64,000 nt of DNA from Candidatus Krumholzibacteriia bacterium (GCA_041484665.1 JBGPIA010000002.1:192001-256000), one strand, 5' to 3'; shown: positions 20,275 through 30,136, numbered from the stretch's first letter. Numbers and translations are program-made. The notes: generated by a model from the sequence alone, not told the origin.

Positions 20275-20562
20275 TCACGCCCGCAACTGCTGCTCCAGGG
20301 TCCTCGCTAGCTCCTCGGCGCGGCGCTGCATGGCGTCCAGCCCGGCCTCCTGCGCCTCCCGCTCCTGGAACAGCTCCTGCGCGATGTTGAGCGCCGCCAG
20401 GATCGCAACGCGCAAGCTGCTCACCTGGCTGGAGGTGCTGGCCACCTCCCGCATCCGGGCGTCGACGAACGCGGCAACCTCGCGCACGTATGCCGGATCG
20501 GCGTCGCCGCGCACCGCGTACTGCTGCCCGTAGATGGTCACGGTGGTGGCGTCGGGCTCCAT
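20275..20562 (-). CDS. zapA: Cell division protein ZapA
   Basis: VTIYGQQY, YVREVAAFVDARM, VAILAALNIAQEL. Confidence 0.92.
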   Translation of the reverse strand: MEPDATTVTIYGQQYAVRGDADPAYVREVAAFVDARMREVASTSSQVSSLRVAILAALNIAQELFQEREAQEAGLDAMQRRAEELARTLEQQLRA

Positions 20563-20603
20563 GCTCACCTCAGGGCAGCGGCCGCGCGCAGCGGCCGCGG
20601 CCA

Positions 20604-20975
20604 TCAGAAGAGGCCGGCCTGATCCAGCTCGGCGAAGCGCGACAACAGCGTCTCCACGCGGTTCTCGAGGGCGCGCTTGCGGGTCTCGTACTCCTCGCGG
20701 TCGATGCTGCGCCGCCGGACCTCCTCCAGCTCAACCTGGAGCGCGGCGTGGGCCCCTTGCAGTGCACCGTGGTCCCGCTGCAACGCGCGGTGGTCCTCCT
20801 GCAGGCGGCGGTGCTGGTCGGCCATGCGCTCCTGGCCCGATCGGGACACGGACAGCTCCTCCGTGAGGCGGCCTTCCGCCTCGCGCAAGCTGCGGTTCTC
20901 GTCCTTGAGGCGCGTGATGAGCGCGATCGCCTGGTCTACGCGTTGCTCGAGCTTGTCGAAGCTGGTCTCGTTCAT
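20604..20975 (-). CDS. ZapB-like coiled-coil protein
   Basis: LEQRVDQAIALITRLKDEN, coiled coil throughout, located between pheT and zapA. Confidence 0.75.
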   Translation of the reverse strand: MNETSFDKLEQRVDQAIALITRLKDENRSLREAEGRLTEELSVSRSGQERMADQHRRLQEDHRALQRDHGALQGAHAALQVELEEVRRRSIDREEYETRKRALENRVETLLSRFAELDQAGLF

Positions 20976-21037
20976 GGGTCCACCGCGTCCAGCTTAGCGC
21001 CACGGCGGGGCGGCGAGCAAGTGCTGCGCTGCGCGCC

Positions 21038-23458
21038 TCATGCGCGTAGCGTGACGTTGCAGCGCTCCCGCATCTGCGCGAGCGCGTTCTCCATGAGCCC
21101 ATCCACCTTGCGATCCTTGAGCGTGCCCTCGAAGCTGCGCAGCACCAGGCGCACCCCGATCGCGCGTGCGCCGGCCGGCAACCCCTCGCCCGCATAGAGA
21201 TCGAACACGTCGTGGGACTCTAGCAGCGCCCCGAACACCGCCTGCAGGATCTGGGCGATCGCGCCCCAGCTCACCCCCGCCGGCGCCACCAGGCTCAGGT
21301 CGCGGCGCACGGGCGGGAAGGGCGAGAGCGGCGCGCAACGGCGCTCCGCGGGCAGTGCGGCCAGCAGCGCCGCCAGCGAGAGCTCGGCCCATACCACCGG
21401 GCCGTCCAGCTCGAACGCGGCCAGCACCGGCGCGGCGAGCACACCAACCGTGCCCAGCAGCGCCGACTCCGTGCGCACACCCACCCCCTGCCCCACTGCG
21501 TGGAAGGGCTCGGTGGAGTCCCGGTCGCGCCGCGCCCGCACGCCCAGCGACTCCAGCAGCGCGTCGACCTCACCCAGGGCGTCCAGCAGGTCGACGGCAC
21601 GCGCCGGCACGCTGGCGTGGGGGACCTGGGCTGGGCCTTCCCACAGCATCACGAGGTGCTCCGGCTCATCCGGCAAAAGCGACGCCGCGCGCGCCACGAA
21701 GCAGCGATCGAGCTGGAACAGGCGCAGCGGGTCGCCGATCCCGCGGCGGCGGTTGCGCCCCACGACGCGCAGCAGCTCGGGGAGCGACGTCGTGCGCAGG
21801 TGCCCCTCGCCCGTCACCAGCGGATTGAGCACCGTCACCGTGCGTCGTCGCGGATCCGCAGGCGGCAGGCCGAGGCGATCGCAATCGGCGGCCTCCATGA
21901 AGCTGGAGCCGGCGACCTCGCGGTAGCCGCGGGCGGCCACCGTGGCGCGCAGGTGACGCTGCAGCCGCTCGCGCGGCGTCCGCTCCGCCGGACGCAACAG
22001 CGGCGGGCGCTCGTGCACGGGGATGCGGTCGTAACCGTGGTGGCGCGCGATCTCCTCGAGGGCGTCCACCTCCTCGAGCAGGTCCGGACGGAAACTGGGC
22101 TGCACGACCTCGACGCCCGGCTCACCGTTGCGGGCGGCGGGCGACGCCTCGATGGAGAGCCGCGCCAACAGCTCGCTCGCCTGGGCCGGCGCCAGCTCGA
22201 TGCCCAGCAGGCGGCGGATCTGCGACGCGCGCACGAAAAACCGTGCCGGCGCTGGCGGCGGCGCGCCACGGCCCTCGAATGCCTGGGGGGCGGCCGCTCC
22301 GCCGGCCACCTGCACGATGAGCGCCGCCAGGCGGCGGCTGGCCAGCGGGACGCCCTCGAAGTCCACACCGCGCTCGAAGCGGTAGCTGGCGTCGGTGCTC
22401 AGACCCAACTCGCGGCGCATGCGCCGGATGGTACCGGGATGGAAGCAGGCCGCCTCGAGCAGCAGGTCGGTGCTGCCCGCGTCCACCTGCGAGCCGGCTC
22501 CGCCCATCACGCCGGCCAGCGCGACGGCGTGCTGCTCGTCGGCGATGACCAGATGGTGGGACGCGAGCGCGCGCTCGACGCCGTCGAGGGTCGTGATCCG
22601 CTCGCCGCCGCGCGCCTGCCGCACCACGATCCGGCGGCCGTGCAGTCGCGCCAGATCGAAGACGTGGTTGGGGTGCCCTAGCTCGTGCAGCACCAGATTG
22701 CTGGCGTCGACCACCGCGTTGATCGGTCGCTGTCCAATCGCAAGCAACCGCAGGCGCAGCCACAGTGGCGAGGGCCCGACCGTCACGCCGCGCACGATAC
22801 GGCCGAGATAGCGTGGGCAGCCCGTGCGATCCTCCACGGCCACTTCCCAGCCGTCCGCGCTGGCGGCCACCGCGGCGGCCGGGCCGGGATCGGGCGGGCG
22901 CAACGGCCGCTGGTAGAAGGCCGCCAGCTCGCGGGCAACGCCCTGGTGGCTGAGCCAATCGGGACGGTTGGGGGTCACCTCCACCTCGATGCGGGTGTCC
23001 GTGTAACCGAACAGCTCGTCCAGCGCCCGCCCCACCGCGCTCCCCTCGGGCAGCTCCAGAATCCCCTCGTGGGCCGCTCCCAATCCCAGCTCCCGCTCGC
23101 TGCAGATCATCCCGGCGGAATGCTCGCCGCGGATCTTGCTCTTGCGGATCGTCACCCCGCCGGGCAGGACGGCCCCCGGCAGCGCCAGGGCGACTTTCAG
23201 CCCGGCGCGGACGTTGGTTGCGCCGCACACGACCGACACCTCGTCCTCACCCGTCGCGACGCGGCACAGGCGCAGCCGGTCAGCGCCGGGGTGCGGGCGC
23301 GCCTCGAGCACCAGTCCGACGCGCACGCCGGGATAGCTGAGCGCGAACGGCTCGACCGCCTCGACCTCCAGGCCGAGCAGGGTCATGCGGTCGCAGATCT
23401 CCTGGGCGTCCGCCGGGAGGTCGACGAGCTCGCGCAACCAGGCCAACGAGAGCTTCAC
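21038..23458 (-). CDS. pheT: Phenylalanyl-tRNA synthetase beta subunit
   Basis: SLAWLRELV, HPGADRL, VCGA, SAGMICS, TPNRPDWLS, ASYRFERGVD, EEIARHHGY, FPPVRRDL. Confidence 0.96.
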   Translation of the reverse strand: MKLSLAWLRELVDLPADAQEICDRMTLLGLEVEAVEPFALSYPGVRVGLVLEARPHPGADRLRLCRVATGEDEVSVVCGATNVRAGLKVALALPGAVLPGGVTIRKSKIRGEHSAGMICSERELGLGAAHEGILELPEGSAVGRALDELFGYTDTRIEVEVTPNRPDWLSHQGVARELAAFYQRPLRPPDPGPAAAVAASADGWEVAVEDRTGCPRYLGRIVRGVTVGPSPLWLRLRLLAIGQRPINAVVDASNLVLHELGHPNHVFDLARLHGRRIVVRQARGGERITTLDGVERALASHHLVIADEQHAVALAGVMGGAGSQVDAGSTDLLLEAACFHPGTIRRMRRELGLSTDASYRFERGVDFEGVPLASRRLAALIVQVAGGAAAPQAFEGRGAPPPAPARFFVRASQIRRLLGIELAPAQASELLARLSIEASPAARNGEPGVEVVQPSFRPDLLEEVDALEEIARHHGYDRIPVHERPPLLRPAERTPRERLQRHLRATVAARGYREVAGSSFMEAADCDRLGLPPADPRRRTVTVLNPLVTGEGHLRTTSLPELLRVVGRNRRRGIGDPLRLFQLDRCFVARAASLLPDEPEHLVMLWEGPAQVPHASVPARAVDLLDALGEVDALLESLGVRARRDRDSTEPFHAVGQGVGVRTESALLGTVGVLAAPVLAAFELDGPVVWAELSLAALLAALPAERRCAPLSPFPPVRRDLSLVAPAGVSWGAIAQILQAVFGALLESHDVFDLYAGEGLPAGARAIGVRLVLRSFEGTLKDRKVDGLMENALAQMRERCNVTLRA

Positions 23459-23482
23459 GCAGGCTCCTTCGCGCAGCGGCGG

Positions 23483-24469
23483 TCAGAACTGCGACAGGAA
23501 GCGCAGGTCGTTCTCGTAGAGGAGACGGATGTCCGGGATCCCGTGGCGCACCATGGCGATCCGGTCGATGCCCATGCCGAACGCGAATCCGGTGTAGACG
23601 TCGGGGGCGTAGCCGCAGTTGGCGAACACGTGCGGGTGGACCATGCCGGCACCCATGATCTCCAGCCATCCGCGGCGGTCGCCGCCTTCCCACCAGAGGT
23701 CGACCTCCACGCTGGGCTCGGTGAACGGAAAGAAGTGCGGGCGGAAGCGCAGCGTGCGGTCCGCCCCGAAGAAGGCGCGCACGAAGGCGTGCACGGTGCT
23801 CTTGAGGTCGGCCAGGGAGACGCAGCGGTCCACGCACAGGCCCTCGATCTGGTAGAACTCCGCCGCGTGGCTCGCGTCTTGGTGCTCCTGGCGGTAGACG
23901 CGGCCGGGCACCACCACGGCCAGCGGCGGAGCCTGCTCGCGCATGGTGCGGACCTGCACGGGCGAGGTCTGCGTGCGCAGCACCACCTCGTCGCTGACGT
24001 AGAACGTGTCCTGCAGGTCGCGGCTGGGATGGTCCGGCGGGAAGTTCAGCGCGGCGAAGTTGAGCGCGTCGAGCTCCACGTCGGGGCCGTCGGCGCGGCT
24101 GTAGCCCATGCCGTGGAAGATGTCGCAGATCTCCTCGATCACCTGGGAGAGCAGGTGCATGCTCCCCGGATGCGGGCGCCGTCCCGGCAGGGTGAGATCG
24201 AGTGGCGCATCGAGCGGACGCTCGCCGGCCTGCAGTCCGGCTGTCCGCTGGGCGAGCGCCGCAGCGATCTGATCGCGCGCCGCGTTGAGCGCCTGACCGG
24301 CCGCCGGTCGCTGTGCCTCGGGCAGCTCCCCCAGCGTCCGCAGGAGGCCCGTGAGCTGCCCCTTGCGGCCCAGCCAGCGCACGCGCACGGCTTCGAGTGC
24401 GGTAGGATCGTCGGCCGCCGCCACCTCGGCGAGGGCCAGCTGCAGCATGGCCTGGACGTCCCCTTGCAT
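23483..24469 (-). CDS. pheS: Phenylalanyl-tRNA synthetase alpha subunit
   Basis: HPSRDLQDTF, LRTQTSPVQ, FPFTEPS, GAGMVHP, GFAFGMGIDR. Confidence 0.97.
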   Translation of the reverse strand: MQGDVQAMLQLALAEVAAADDPTALEAVRVRWLGRKGQLTGLLRTLGELPEAQRPAAGQALNAARDQIAAALAQRTAGLQAGERPLDAPLDLTLPGRRPHPGSMHLLSQVIEEICDIFHGMGYSRADGPDVELDALNFAALNFPPDHPSRDLQDTFYVSDEVVLRTQTSPVQVRTMREQAPPLAVVVPGRVYRQEHQDASHAAEFYQIEGLCVDRCVSLADLKSTVHAFVRAFFGADRTLRFRPHFFPFTEPSVEVDLWWEGGDRRGWLEIMGAGMVHPHVFANCGYAPDVYTGFAFGMGIDRIAMVRHGIPDIRLLYENDLRFLSQF

Positions 24470-24545
24470 CGCCCACCCCTCGCAGGACCGCGCGTCCGGC
24501 GGGCGGCTCCATGCCGCCGGCTCTGGTTGCGCTGCGGCCCGCCGG

Positions 24546-24899
24546 CTAGCTGCTCCCCTTGGCCAGCTCGGCCAGCTTGGCGAAGCCCGCCTCGTCGCGC
24601 ACGGCGAGGTCGGCGAGGACCTTGCGGTCGATCTCGACCTGGGCGGTCTTCAGGCCGCTGATGAAGGTGCTGTAGTTGAGGCCGTGCAGGCGGGCGGCAG
24701 CGTTGATCCGCGCGATCCAGAGGCGCCGGAAGTCCCGCTTGCGCGCTCGCCGGTCGCGGAACGCGTACTTCAGGGCCCGGTCGACTGCCTCCGACGCCGT
24801 GCGGTTGAGCTTGCTGCGGGCGCCGAAGTACCCCTTGGCCTGCCGCAGGATCTTCTTGCGGCGCGCCCGGCTGGCGGGATTGTTCGTTGCGCGTGACAT
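24546..24899 (-). CDS. rplT: 50S ribosomal protein L20
   Basis: [33 protein letters not shown]. Confidence 0.97.
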   Translation of the reverse strand: MSRATNNPASRARRKKILRQAKGYFGARSKLNRTASEAVDRALKYAFRDRRARKRDFRRLWIARINAAARLHGLNYSTFISGLKTAQVEIDRKVLADLAVRDEAGFAKLAELAKGSS

Positions 24900-24935
24900 G
24901 GGCGGCTCCTCCCCCGGTCTCCAGGTCCATGCGGG

Positions 24936-25133
24936 CTACTTGCCCGAGATCATCCGCTTGACGCGCGGCGCGTCGGCCTTGCTGACCAGCGTGGACTGGC
25001 GCAGGTGGCGCTTCCGCTTGGGCGATTTCGACGTGAAGATGTGGCCGTGGAAGGCCTGGTTGCGCCGCACCTTGCCGGTGCCCGTCTTGCGGAACCGCTT
25101 CATGGCCGAGCGGTTGGATTTCATCTTTGGCAT
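24936..25133 (-). CDS. rpmI: 50S ribosomal protein L35
   Basis: MPKMKSNRSAMKRFRKTGTGK; between infC and rplT. Confidence 0.97.
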   Translation of the reverse strand: MPKMKSNRSAMKRFRKTGTGKVRRNQAFHGHIFTSKSPKRKRHLRQSTLVSKADAPRVKRMISGK

Positions 25134-25170
25134 GATCGCTTCTCCCGTCGCGGCCCGCGCGGGGCCTTCC

Positions 25171-25695
25171 CTACTTCTTCCGTCGCGGTGAGAGCATCAA
25201 GGTCAGGTTGTTGGCCTCGAGCCTCGGCGTGTCGTCGACCTGAGCGATCTCCTCGAGGTCGTCCAGGAGCCGCTCGACCATGCGCTCGCCGAGCTCGAGG
25301 TGGGTCATCTCCCGGCCGCGGAACGTGATCATCACCTTCACCTTGTCGCCCGCCGAGAGGAACTCCTCGATGTGCTTCTTCTTGAAATTGTAGTCGTGCT
25401 CTTCCGTCTTGGGACGGAACTTGATCATCTTCACCTTCTGGACGTGTTGCCGCGACCGCGCCTTCTTCACCTTCTTGCTCAGCTCGTAGGTGTACCGCCC
25501 GTAGTCCATGACGCGGCAGACGGGTGGCCGTGCGGTGGGGGCGACCTCGACCAGGTCCAGTCCTCGCTCCCGGGCCAGCCGCAGCGCTTCCGGCGTGTCC
25601 AGGATGCCGAGCTGAGTGCCGGTCTCGTCGATGACGCGAACCCGTGCAATGCGAATCTGCTCATTGACCCGTGTCGTCGGGGCCGATCGGGAAAT
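25171..25695 (-). CDS. infC: Translation initiation factor IF-3, non-canonical ATT start
   Basis: RVNEQIR, LDLVEV, PPVCRVMDYG, GDKVK, FRGRE; perfect SD AAGGAGGT 6 nt before in-frame ATT at 25695. Confidence 0.95.
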   Translation of the reverse strand: MSRSAPTTRVNEQIRIARVRVIDETGTQLGILDTPEALRLARERGLDLVEVAPTARPPVCRVMDYGRYTYELSKKVKKARSRQHVQKVKMIKFRPKTEEHDYNFKKKHIEEFLSAGDKVKVMITFRGREMTHLELGERMVERLLDDLEEIAQVDDTPRLEANNLTLMLSPRRKK

Positions 25696-25777
25696 GTCGG
25701 TACCTCCTTGGCCGTGGGTGACCCGGCGCCGCCCTCCCGCGCGCCCCGGCAGGGGCCCCGCGATGAGCGCGGCGTGG

Positions 25778-25809
25778 AAACGAAAAAGAGCAGACACCGC
25801 GGTCTGCTC
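25778..25809 (-). terminator. Intrinsic terminator within the infC leader
   Basis: 8-bp stem GAGCAGAC/GTCTGCTC followed by TTTTTCGTTT. Confidence 0.75.
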
Positions 25810-25920
25810 TCGCCCTCGCGCGCAAGGGAACCGAACCGGGCTGGAAGGCCTGCCCTCATCCCGCGACGACCCGCGGGCGGGGAGCCTCCGCACGGTGAGC
25901 AGCAGACCGCCACTACTTCG
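25778..25920 (-). ncRNA. L20-leader-like ribosomal protein attenuator
   Basis: AAGTAG..GCGGTCTGCTGCTCACC can pair with GAGAGCAGACCGC (antiterminator), which is also the 5' arm of terminator GAGCAGAC-CGCGGT-GTCTGCTC-TTTTT; upstream of infC-rpmI-rplT. Confidence 0.7.
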
Positions 25921-25979
25921 CCAGTTGTCTTCGCCCGCGCCCCCACCCCAGCGGGGCCGGATGCGCGAGGGTTCGGAAT

Positions 25980-27905
25980 CTACCGTTTGGAGCGGATTTC
26001 GTCAAGCAGATCGGTCACGACCTCCGTCAAGCCGCGGTCGCCGACGTTGCCCTGGCCATGGCGGCGCACCGCCACCTGGCCGCTCGCGGCCTCCCGTTCC
26101 CCCACCACGAGCATGTACGGGATCTTCTCGGCCTCGGCGTCGCGGACCTTGCGACCGACCTTTTCGTCGCGGGCGTCGAGTTGCACCCGGATGCCGGCCT
26201 CGCGCAGCGCGTCCTCCACCCGGCGCGCGTACTCGACGTGGGCCTCGGCCACCGGGAGCACCGCCGCCTGGACCGGCGCCAGCCACAGCGGGAAGTTGCC
26301 CGCGTAGTGCTCCGTGAGCATACCGATGAACCGCTCCAGCGATCCGAAGATCGCCCGGTGGACCATGTAGGCGTGGCGCCTCGACCCGCCGGCATCGACG
26401 AACTGGACGTCGAAGCGCCGGGGCAGATTGAAGTCGAACTGGACCGTGCTGGTCTGCCAGCGGCGCCCGATGGCGTCCACCAGCTTGATGTCGATCTTGG
26501 GCCCGTAGAACACTGCCTCCCCCTCCTTGCGGACGTGGGGGAGCCCTTCCTGGGCCAGCGCCTTGACCAGCGAGGCCTCCGCCTTCTCCCACTCCTCGTC
26601 GGTGCCGGCGTACTTCGCCTTGTCCTTCGGATCGCGCACCGAGAGCTCGACCTCGAAGTGGGAGAAGCCGCAGCTGGTCAGGATGTGGCGCACGAGCTTC
26701 AGCACGCCCACGACCTCGTCTTCGAGCTGCGCCGGCGTGCAGAAGATGTGCGCGTCGTCCTGCGTGAAGCCGCGCACGCGCAGCATGCCGTGCAGGGTGC
26801 CGCTGCGCTCGTAGCGATACACCGTCCCCATCTCGCCGTAGCGCACCGGCAGCTCACGGTAGCTCCACAGCTTGCGCTTGTAGATGAGGATGTGGCCCGG
26901 GCAATTCATGGGCTTGACCACGTACTGCTGCCCATCGATCTCGAAGGTGTACATGTGCTCGCGGTAGAAGCTCATGTGTCCGGAGGTGTGCCACAGCTCG
27001 GCCCGGCTGATGTGCGGCGTGTCCACCAGCTGGTAGCCGCGCTTGAGATGCTCGGCCTTCCAAAAGTCGATGAGCGCGTGGCGCAGCACGGAGCCCTTTG
27101 GGTAGTAGAACGCCAGCCCAGCCCCCGCCTCCTCGCGCATGCCGAAGAGGTCCAATTCGGGGCCCAGCTTGCGGTGGTCGCGCTTGCGGGCCTCCTCTAG
27201 CCGGTGCAGGTACTCCTGCAGGTCCTTGGGCGAGTACCACGACGTCCCGTAGATGCGCTGCAACTGCTGGCGGGTCTCATCGCCGCGCCAGTACGCCCCC
27301 GCTACGCTCAGCAGCTTGAAGGCCCGCAGCTCGCGCGTGCTGGGCACGTGCGGGCCCTCGCAGAGATCGGTGAACTCCCCCATGCGGTAGGCGAACAGCT
27401 GGGCGTCGCCCAGCGACTCGATCTGCTCCACCTTGAAGGGCTGGTCGCCGAAGCGCGCGAGCGCTTCCGTCCGGTTGAGTTTCTCGCGCACGATGGGCAG
27501 GTCACGCCGCGCGAGCTCCTGCATGCGGTCCTCGATGCGCGCCAGGTCCTCCTCGGTGAAGGGCCGGTCCACGTGGATGTCGTAGTAGAAGCCATCCTCC
27601 ACCGGCGGCCCGAAGGCGAAGCGGGCCGACGGGAACAGCTCCTGTACGGCGTAGGCCATGAGGTGCGCGGTGCTGTGGCGCAGCACGTCGAGGGATTCGG
27701 GCGCGTCGCGGGTCACCACCGCGAACGCGGCGTCGGCGACGATGGGCTCGTCGAAGGGCTCGAAGCTGCCGTTGACCTTGGCGGCTACGGCGGCCCTCGC
27801 CAGACCGCTGCCAATGGCGGCGATGGCGTCGCGGACCGTGGTCCCGCGCGGCAACGGCTTGCGCGCGCCGTCGGGCAGGGTGAGCGTGACCATCGGCTGG
27901 CCCAC
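25980..27905 (-). CDS. thrS: Threonyl-tRNA synthetase
   Basis: TGS domain, RHSTAHLMA, DLCEGPHV, RDHRKLG, KPMNCPGH, RVRGFTQDDAH, FYGPKID, HRAIFGSLERF; start GTG 27905 or ATG 27893. Confidence 0.97.
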   Translation of the reverse strand: MGQPMVTLTLPDGARKPLPRGTTVRDAIAAIGSGLARAAVAAKVNGSFEPFDEPIVADAAFAVVTRDAPESLDVLRHSTAHLMAYAVQELFPSARFAFGPPVEDGFYYDIHVDRPFTEEDLARIEDRMQELARRDLPIVREKLNRTEALARFGDQPFKVEQIESLGDAQLFAYRMGEFTDLCEGPHVPSTRELRAFKLLSVAGAYWRGDETRQQLQRIYGTSWYSPKDLQEYLHRLEEARKRDHRKLGPELDLFGMREEAGAGLAFYYPKGSVLRHALIDFWKAEHLKRGYQLVDTPHISRAELWHTSGHMSFYREHMYTFEIDGQQYVVKPMNCPGHILIYKRKLWSYRELPVRYGEMGTVYRYERSGTLHGMLRVRGFTQDDAHIFCTPAQLEDEVVGVLKLVRHILTSCGFSHFEVELSVRDPKDKAKYAGTDEEWEKAEASLVKALAQEGLPHVRKEGEAVFYGPKIDIKLVDAIGRRWQTSTVQFDFNLPRRFDVQFVDAGGSRRHAYMVHRAIFGSLERFIGMLTEHYAGNFPLWLAPVQAAVLPVAEAHVEYARRVEDALREAGIRVQLDARDEKVGRKVRDAEAEKIPYMLVVGEREAASGQVAVRRHGQGNVGDRGLTEVVTDLLDEIRSKR

Positions 27906-27935
27906 GGGACTTCCTCGCACGCTGTGGAGCCGGGG

Positions 27936-28013
<78 letters not shown>

Positions 28014-28051
28014 CGAAGCGCCCTATTGATATCGGATGGCAGGCGCGGGTG

Positions 28052-28471
28052 TCAATCCTGCCCCCCCTGCGCGCCGGCGTCCAGGGGCAGGTGGCGGTGC
28101 TTCCAGATCGGGGCCTGCGCTTTGAGGCCGTCGATCAGGAAGCGCGCCACGTCGAATGCGTCGCCGCGGTGGCGCGTGGCCACACCGATCCACACCGAAG
28201 GCTCCCCCACCGCCACCACACCGGTGCGATGGGCGATGACGGCCTGGAAAGAGGGCCAGCGCGTGTGGGCCTCCACGAGCAGCGCGTGCAGGGCCCGGCG
28301 AGCCATACTCTCGTAGGCCTGGTAGTCGATGCCGCGCAGGGGCAGGTCGCCTTCGGTGCGGCGCACGACGCCGGCAAACGTCACCACGGCACCGACCTCC
28401 TCACCGGCGAGCTCCCGCTGCAGGGTCTGCGGCGCCAGCGGCTGGTTGCTGAAGAGGATCGTGTCGGCCAT
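28052..28471 (-). CDS. moaE: Molybdopterin synthase catalytic subunit
   Basis: GAVVTFAGVVR, YQAYESMA, HRTG, HRGDAF, LKAQAPIWK. Confidence 0.9.
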   Translation of the reverse strand: MADTILFSNQPLAPQTLQRELAGEEVGAVVTFAGVVRRTEGDLPLRGIDYQAYESMARRALHALLVEAHTRWPSFQAVIAHRTGVVAVGEPSVWIGVATRHRGDAFDVARFLIDGLKAQAPIWKHRHLPLDAGAQGGQD

Positions 28472-28485
28472 CGGACTGCCTCTGC

Positions 28486-28731
28486 TCAGCCGCCGCTGAA
28501 CGGCGGCATGACCGCCACGGTCTGGCCGGGGCGCACCTGCTCGTGGGGTCCCGCCACCGTTTCGTCGATCGACCACAGCAGCCCCGCCAGCAGCGGCGAG
28601 AGCGCCGGGTGCCGCTGGGCGATCCGTGCGCGCAGCTGCTCGAGGGTGCAGGGCCCGCCCAGGTCGAGCGTCTCCTGCTGCACCCCCGCCAGGTCGGCCG
28701 CGCTGGAGAAATACAGCACCCGCACCGTCAT
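28486..28731 (-). CDS. moaD: Molybdopterin synthase sulfur carrier (MoaD/ThiS family)
   Basis: VRVLYF... C-terminal PPFSGG di-glycine; adjacent to moaE. Confidence 0.9.
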   Translation of the reverse strand: MTVRVLYFSSAADLAGVQQETLDLGGPCTLEQLRARIAQRHPALSPLLAGLLWSIDETVAGPHEQVRPGQTVAVMPPFSGG

Positions 28732-28815
28732 CCTCGTTCTCCCCGCGGGCATGCACCAAGGGCCCGCCGGCGGCGGGCCCTTGCGCACGATCACTGCGTC
28801 GCACCGGGTTGCCGG

Positions 28816-29691
28816 CTACGACAAGTAGTCGCCCAGCCCGGCTCCGGCGACGGCGTGGCGCATCTTGCGCAGCGCGTCATTGCGGATCTGCCGCACGCGC
28901 TCTCGCGAGAGGTTGATGTCATCGCCGATCGCCTCCAGCGAGGTGCACTCTTCCCCCTCCAGCCCGTAGTAGCGCACCACGATATCGCGCTCCCGGTCGG
29001 TCAGCTTCTTCATCGCCGTGTCCAGCTGCAGCCGCAGCTCGTCCTGCACGAAGCTGTCCTCGGGCGTCGCCTCGTCGGGGTCGGCCAGGATCTCCTGCAG
29101 CGGCTGGCTGTCCTCGTCGTGCAGGCTCTCGTCGAGGGAGAGCAGCGGGCGCAGCACGGCATTGATCTCGTTGAGCTTGGTCACCGAGATGTCCAGCTCC
29201 TTGGCCAGCTGCTCCTCGTGGACCGCCCCGCCGCGCTTCTGCTCGAGCCGGTTGTTGATCTTGCGAAGCTTCTGGGCCTGCTGCGCGCGATTGATGGGCA
29301 GGCGCACGGTATGGGTCTGCTCGGCCAGCGCCTTCTGGATCGCCTGGCGAATCCACCACACGGCGTAGCTGATGAACCGGAAGTTGCGCCGCTCGTCGAA
29401 ACGGTGCGCCGCCGTGATCAGACCGACATTCCCCTCGGCGATCAGGTCCAGGAAGCTCAGCCCGTGACCCACGTAGCGCTTCGCTACGCTCACAACGAAG
29501 CGCAGGTTGGAGTACACCAGCTTCTCGAGCGCCGGATGATCGCCGTTGCGGATGCGCCGCGCGAGCTCGAACTCCTGCTCCTTGGTCAGCAGCGGGTACC
29601 GACCAATGACCTTGAGGTAGTGCTGCAGCGCCTGGTCCTGGCGCCGGTCCGGACTTCTCTCGACTTCGTACATGACCTCTGTAACCTCCAC
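28816..29691 (-). CDS. RNA polymerase sigma-70 factor, short RpoD/SigA family (no region 1.1)
   Basis: YLKVIGRYPLL (1.2), NLRFVVSVAKRY, DLIAEGNVGL, FISYAVWWIRQAI (2.3-2.4), LSRERVRQI (4.2); start may be ATG 29673. Confidence 0.92.
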   Translation of the reverse strand: MEVTEVMYEVERSPDRRQDQALQHYLKVIGRYPLLTKEQEFELARRIRNGDHPALEKLVYSNLRFVVSVAKRYVGHGLSFLDLIAEGNVGLITAAHRFDERRNFRFISYAVWWIRQAIQKALAEQTHTVRLPINRAQQAQKLRKINNRLEQKRGGAVHEEQLAKELDISVTKLNEINAVLRPLLSLDESLHDEDSQPLQEILADPDEATPEDSFVQDELRLQLDTAMKKLTDRERDIVVRYYGLEGEECTSLEAIGDDINLSRERVRQIRNDALRKMRHAVAGAGLGDYLS

Positions 29692-29905
29692 CGCGATGCG
29701 TCAGCCTCGGGGCTTGCGGCCCCCCGGCCATGTATTCCGTCCCGAGCTCGCGCTATCGGGGCGGTGCCGGCGCTCGCAGGGGCGACCGAACCAGCCCGCG
29801 CCTTGCCTGCCGGTCCGGGGGGCTGCCGCCGCGGTGCCATCGCCGCGCACAGCCCGCTCACCATTCATCAACGTCGGCAACGCGGGCAGGTTCCAAGAGG
29901 GGTGC

Positions 29906-29926
29906 AAATCCACAAGAAATCCACAA
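29906..29926. repeat. Tandem direct repeat AAATCCACAA-G-AAATCCACAA (DnaA-box-like)
   Basis: Perfect 10-mer repeated with 11-nt period in the sigma-factor leader. Confidence 0.6.
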
Positions 29927-29983
29927 CCCGCCCACGGGATTCCGCGCCAGGAGCGGCCTCCCCTGCGCCACGGAAAGCCGGAT

Positions 29984-30012
29984 AGTATGCGTAAGCGGCC
30001 GATCGTTGTCAA
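29984..30012 (-). promoter_or_regulatory. Sigma-70 promoter upstream of the sigma factor gene
   Basis: TTGACA-N17-CATACT. Confidence 0.65.
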
Positions 30013-30136
30013 GACCGCAGCGCCACCTGCCCTACACGCGCGCGGAGGCCCTTCCGGCCGCGCCCGGCGCTCGCCGCCGCCCGGCACAACCCCGCCGGCG
30101 ACGGGTGCCGCGCGTAGGCCCGACGGACCTCGCCGG

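Noticed and set aside
24470..24545. Possible pheM-type attenuator or T-box before pheS
   Set aside because: Gap is only 76 nt with no Phe-rich leader, T-box motif or U-tailed terminator
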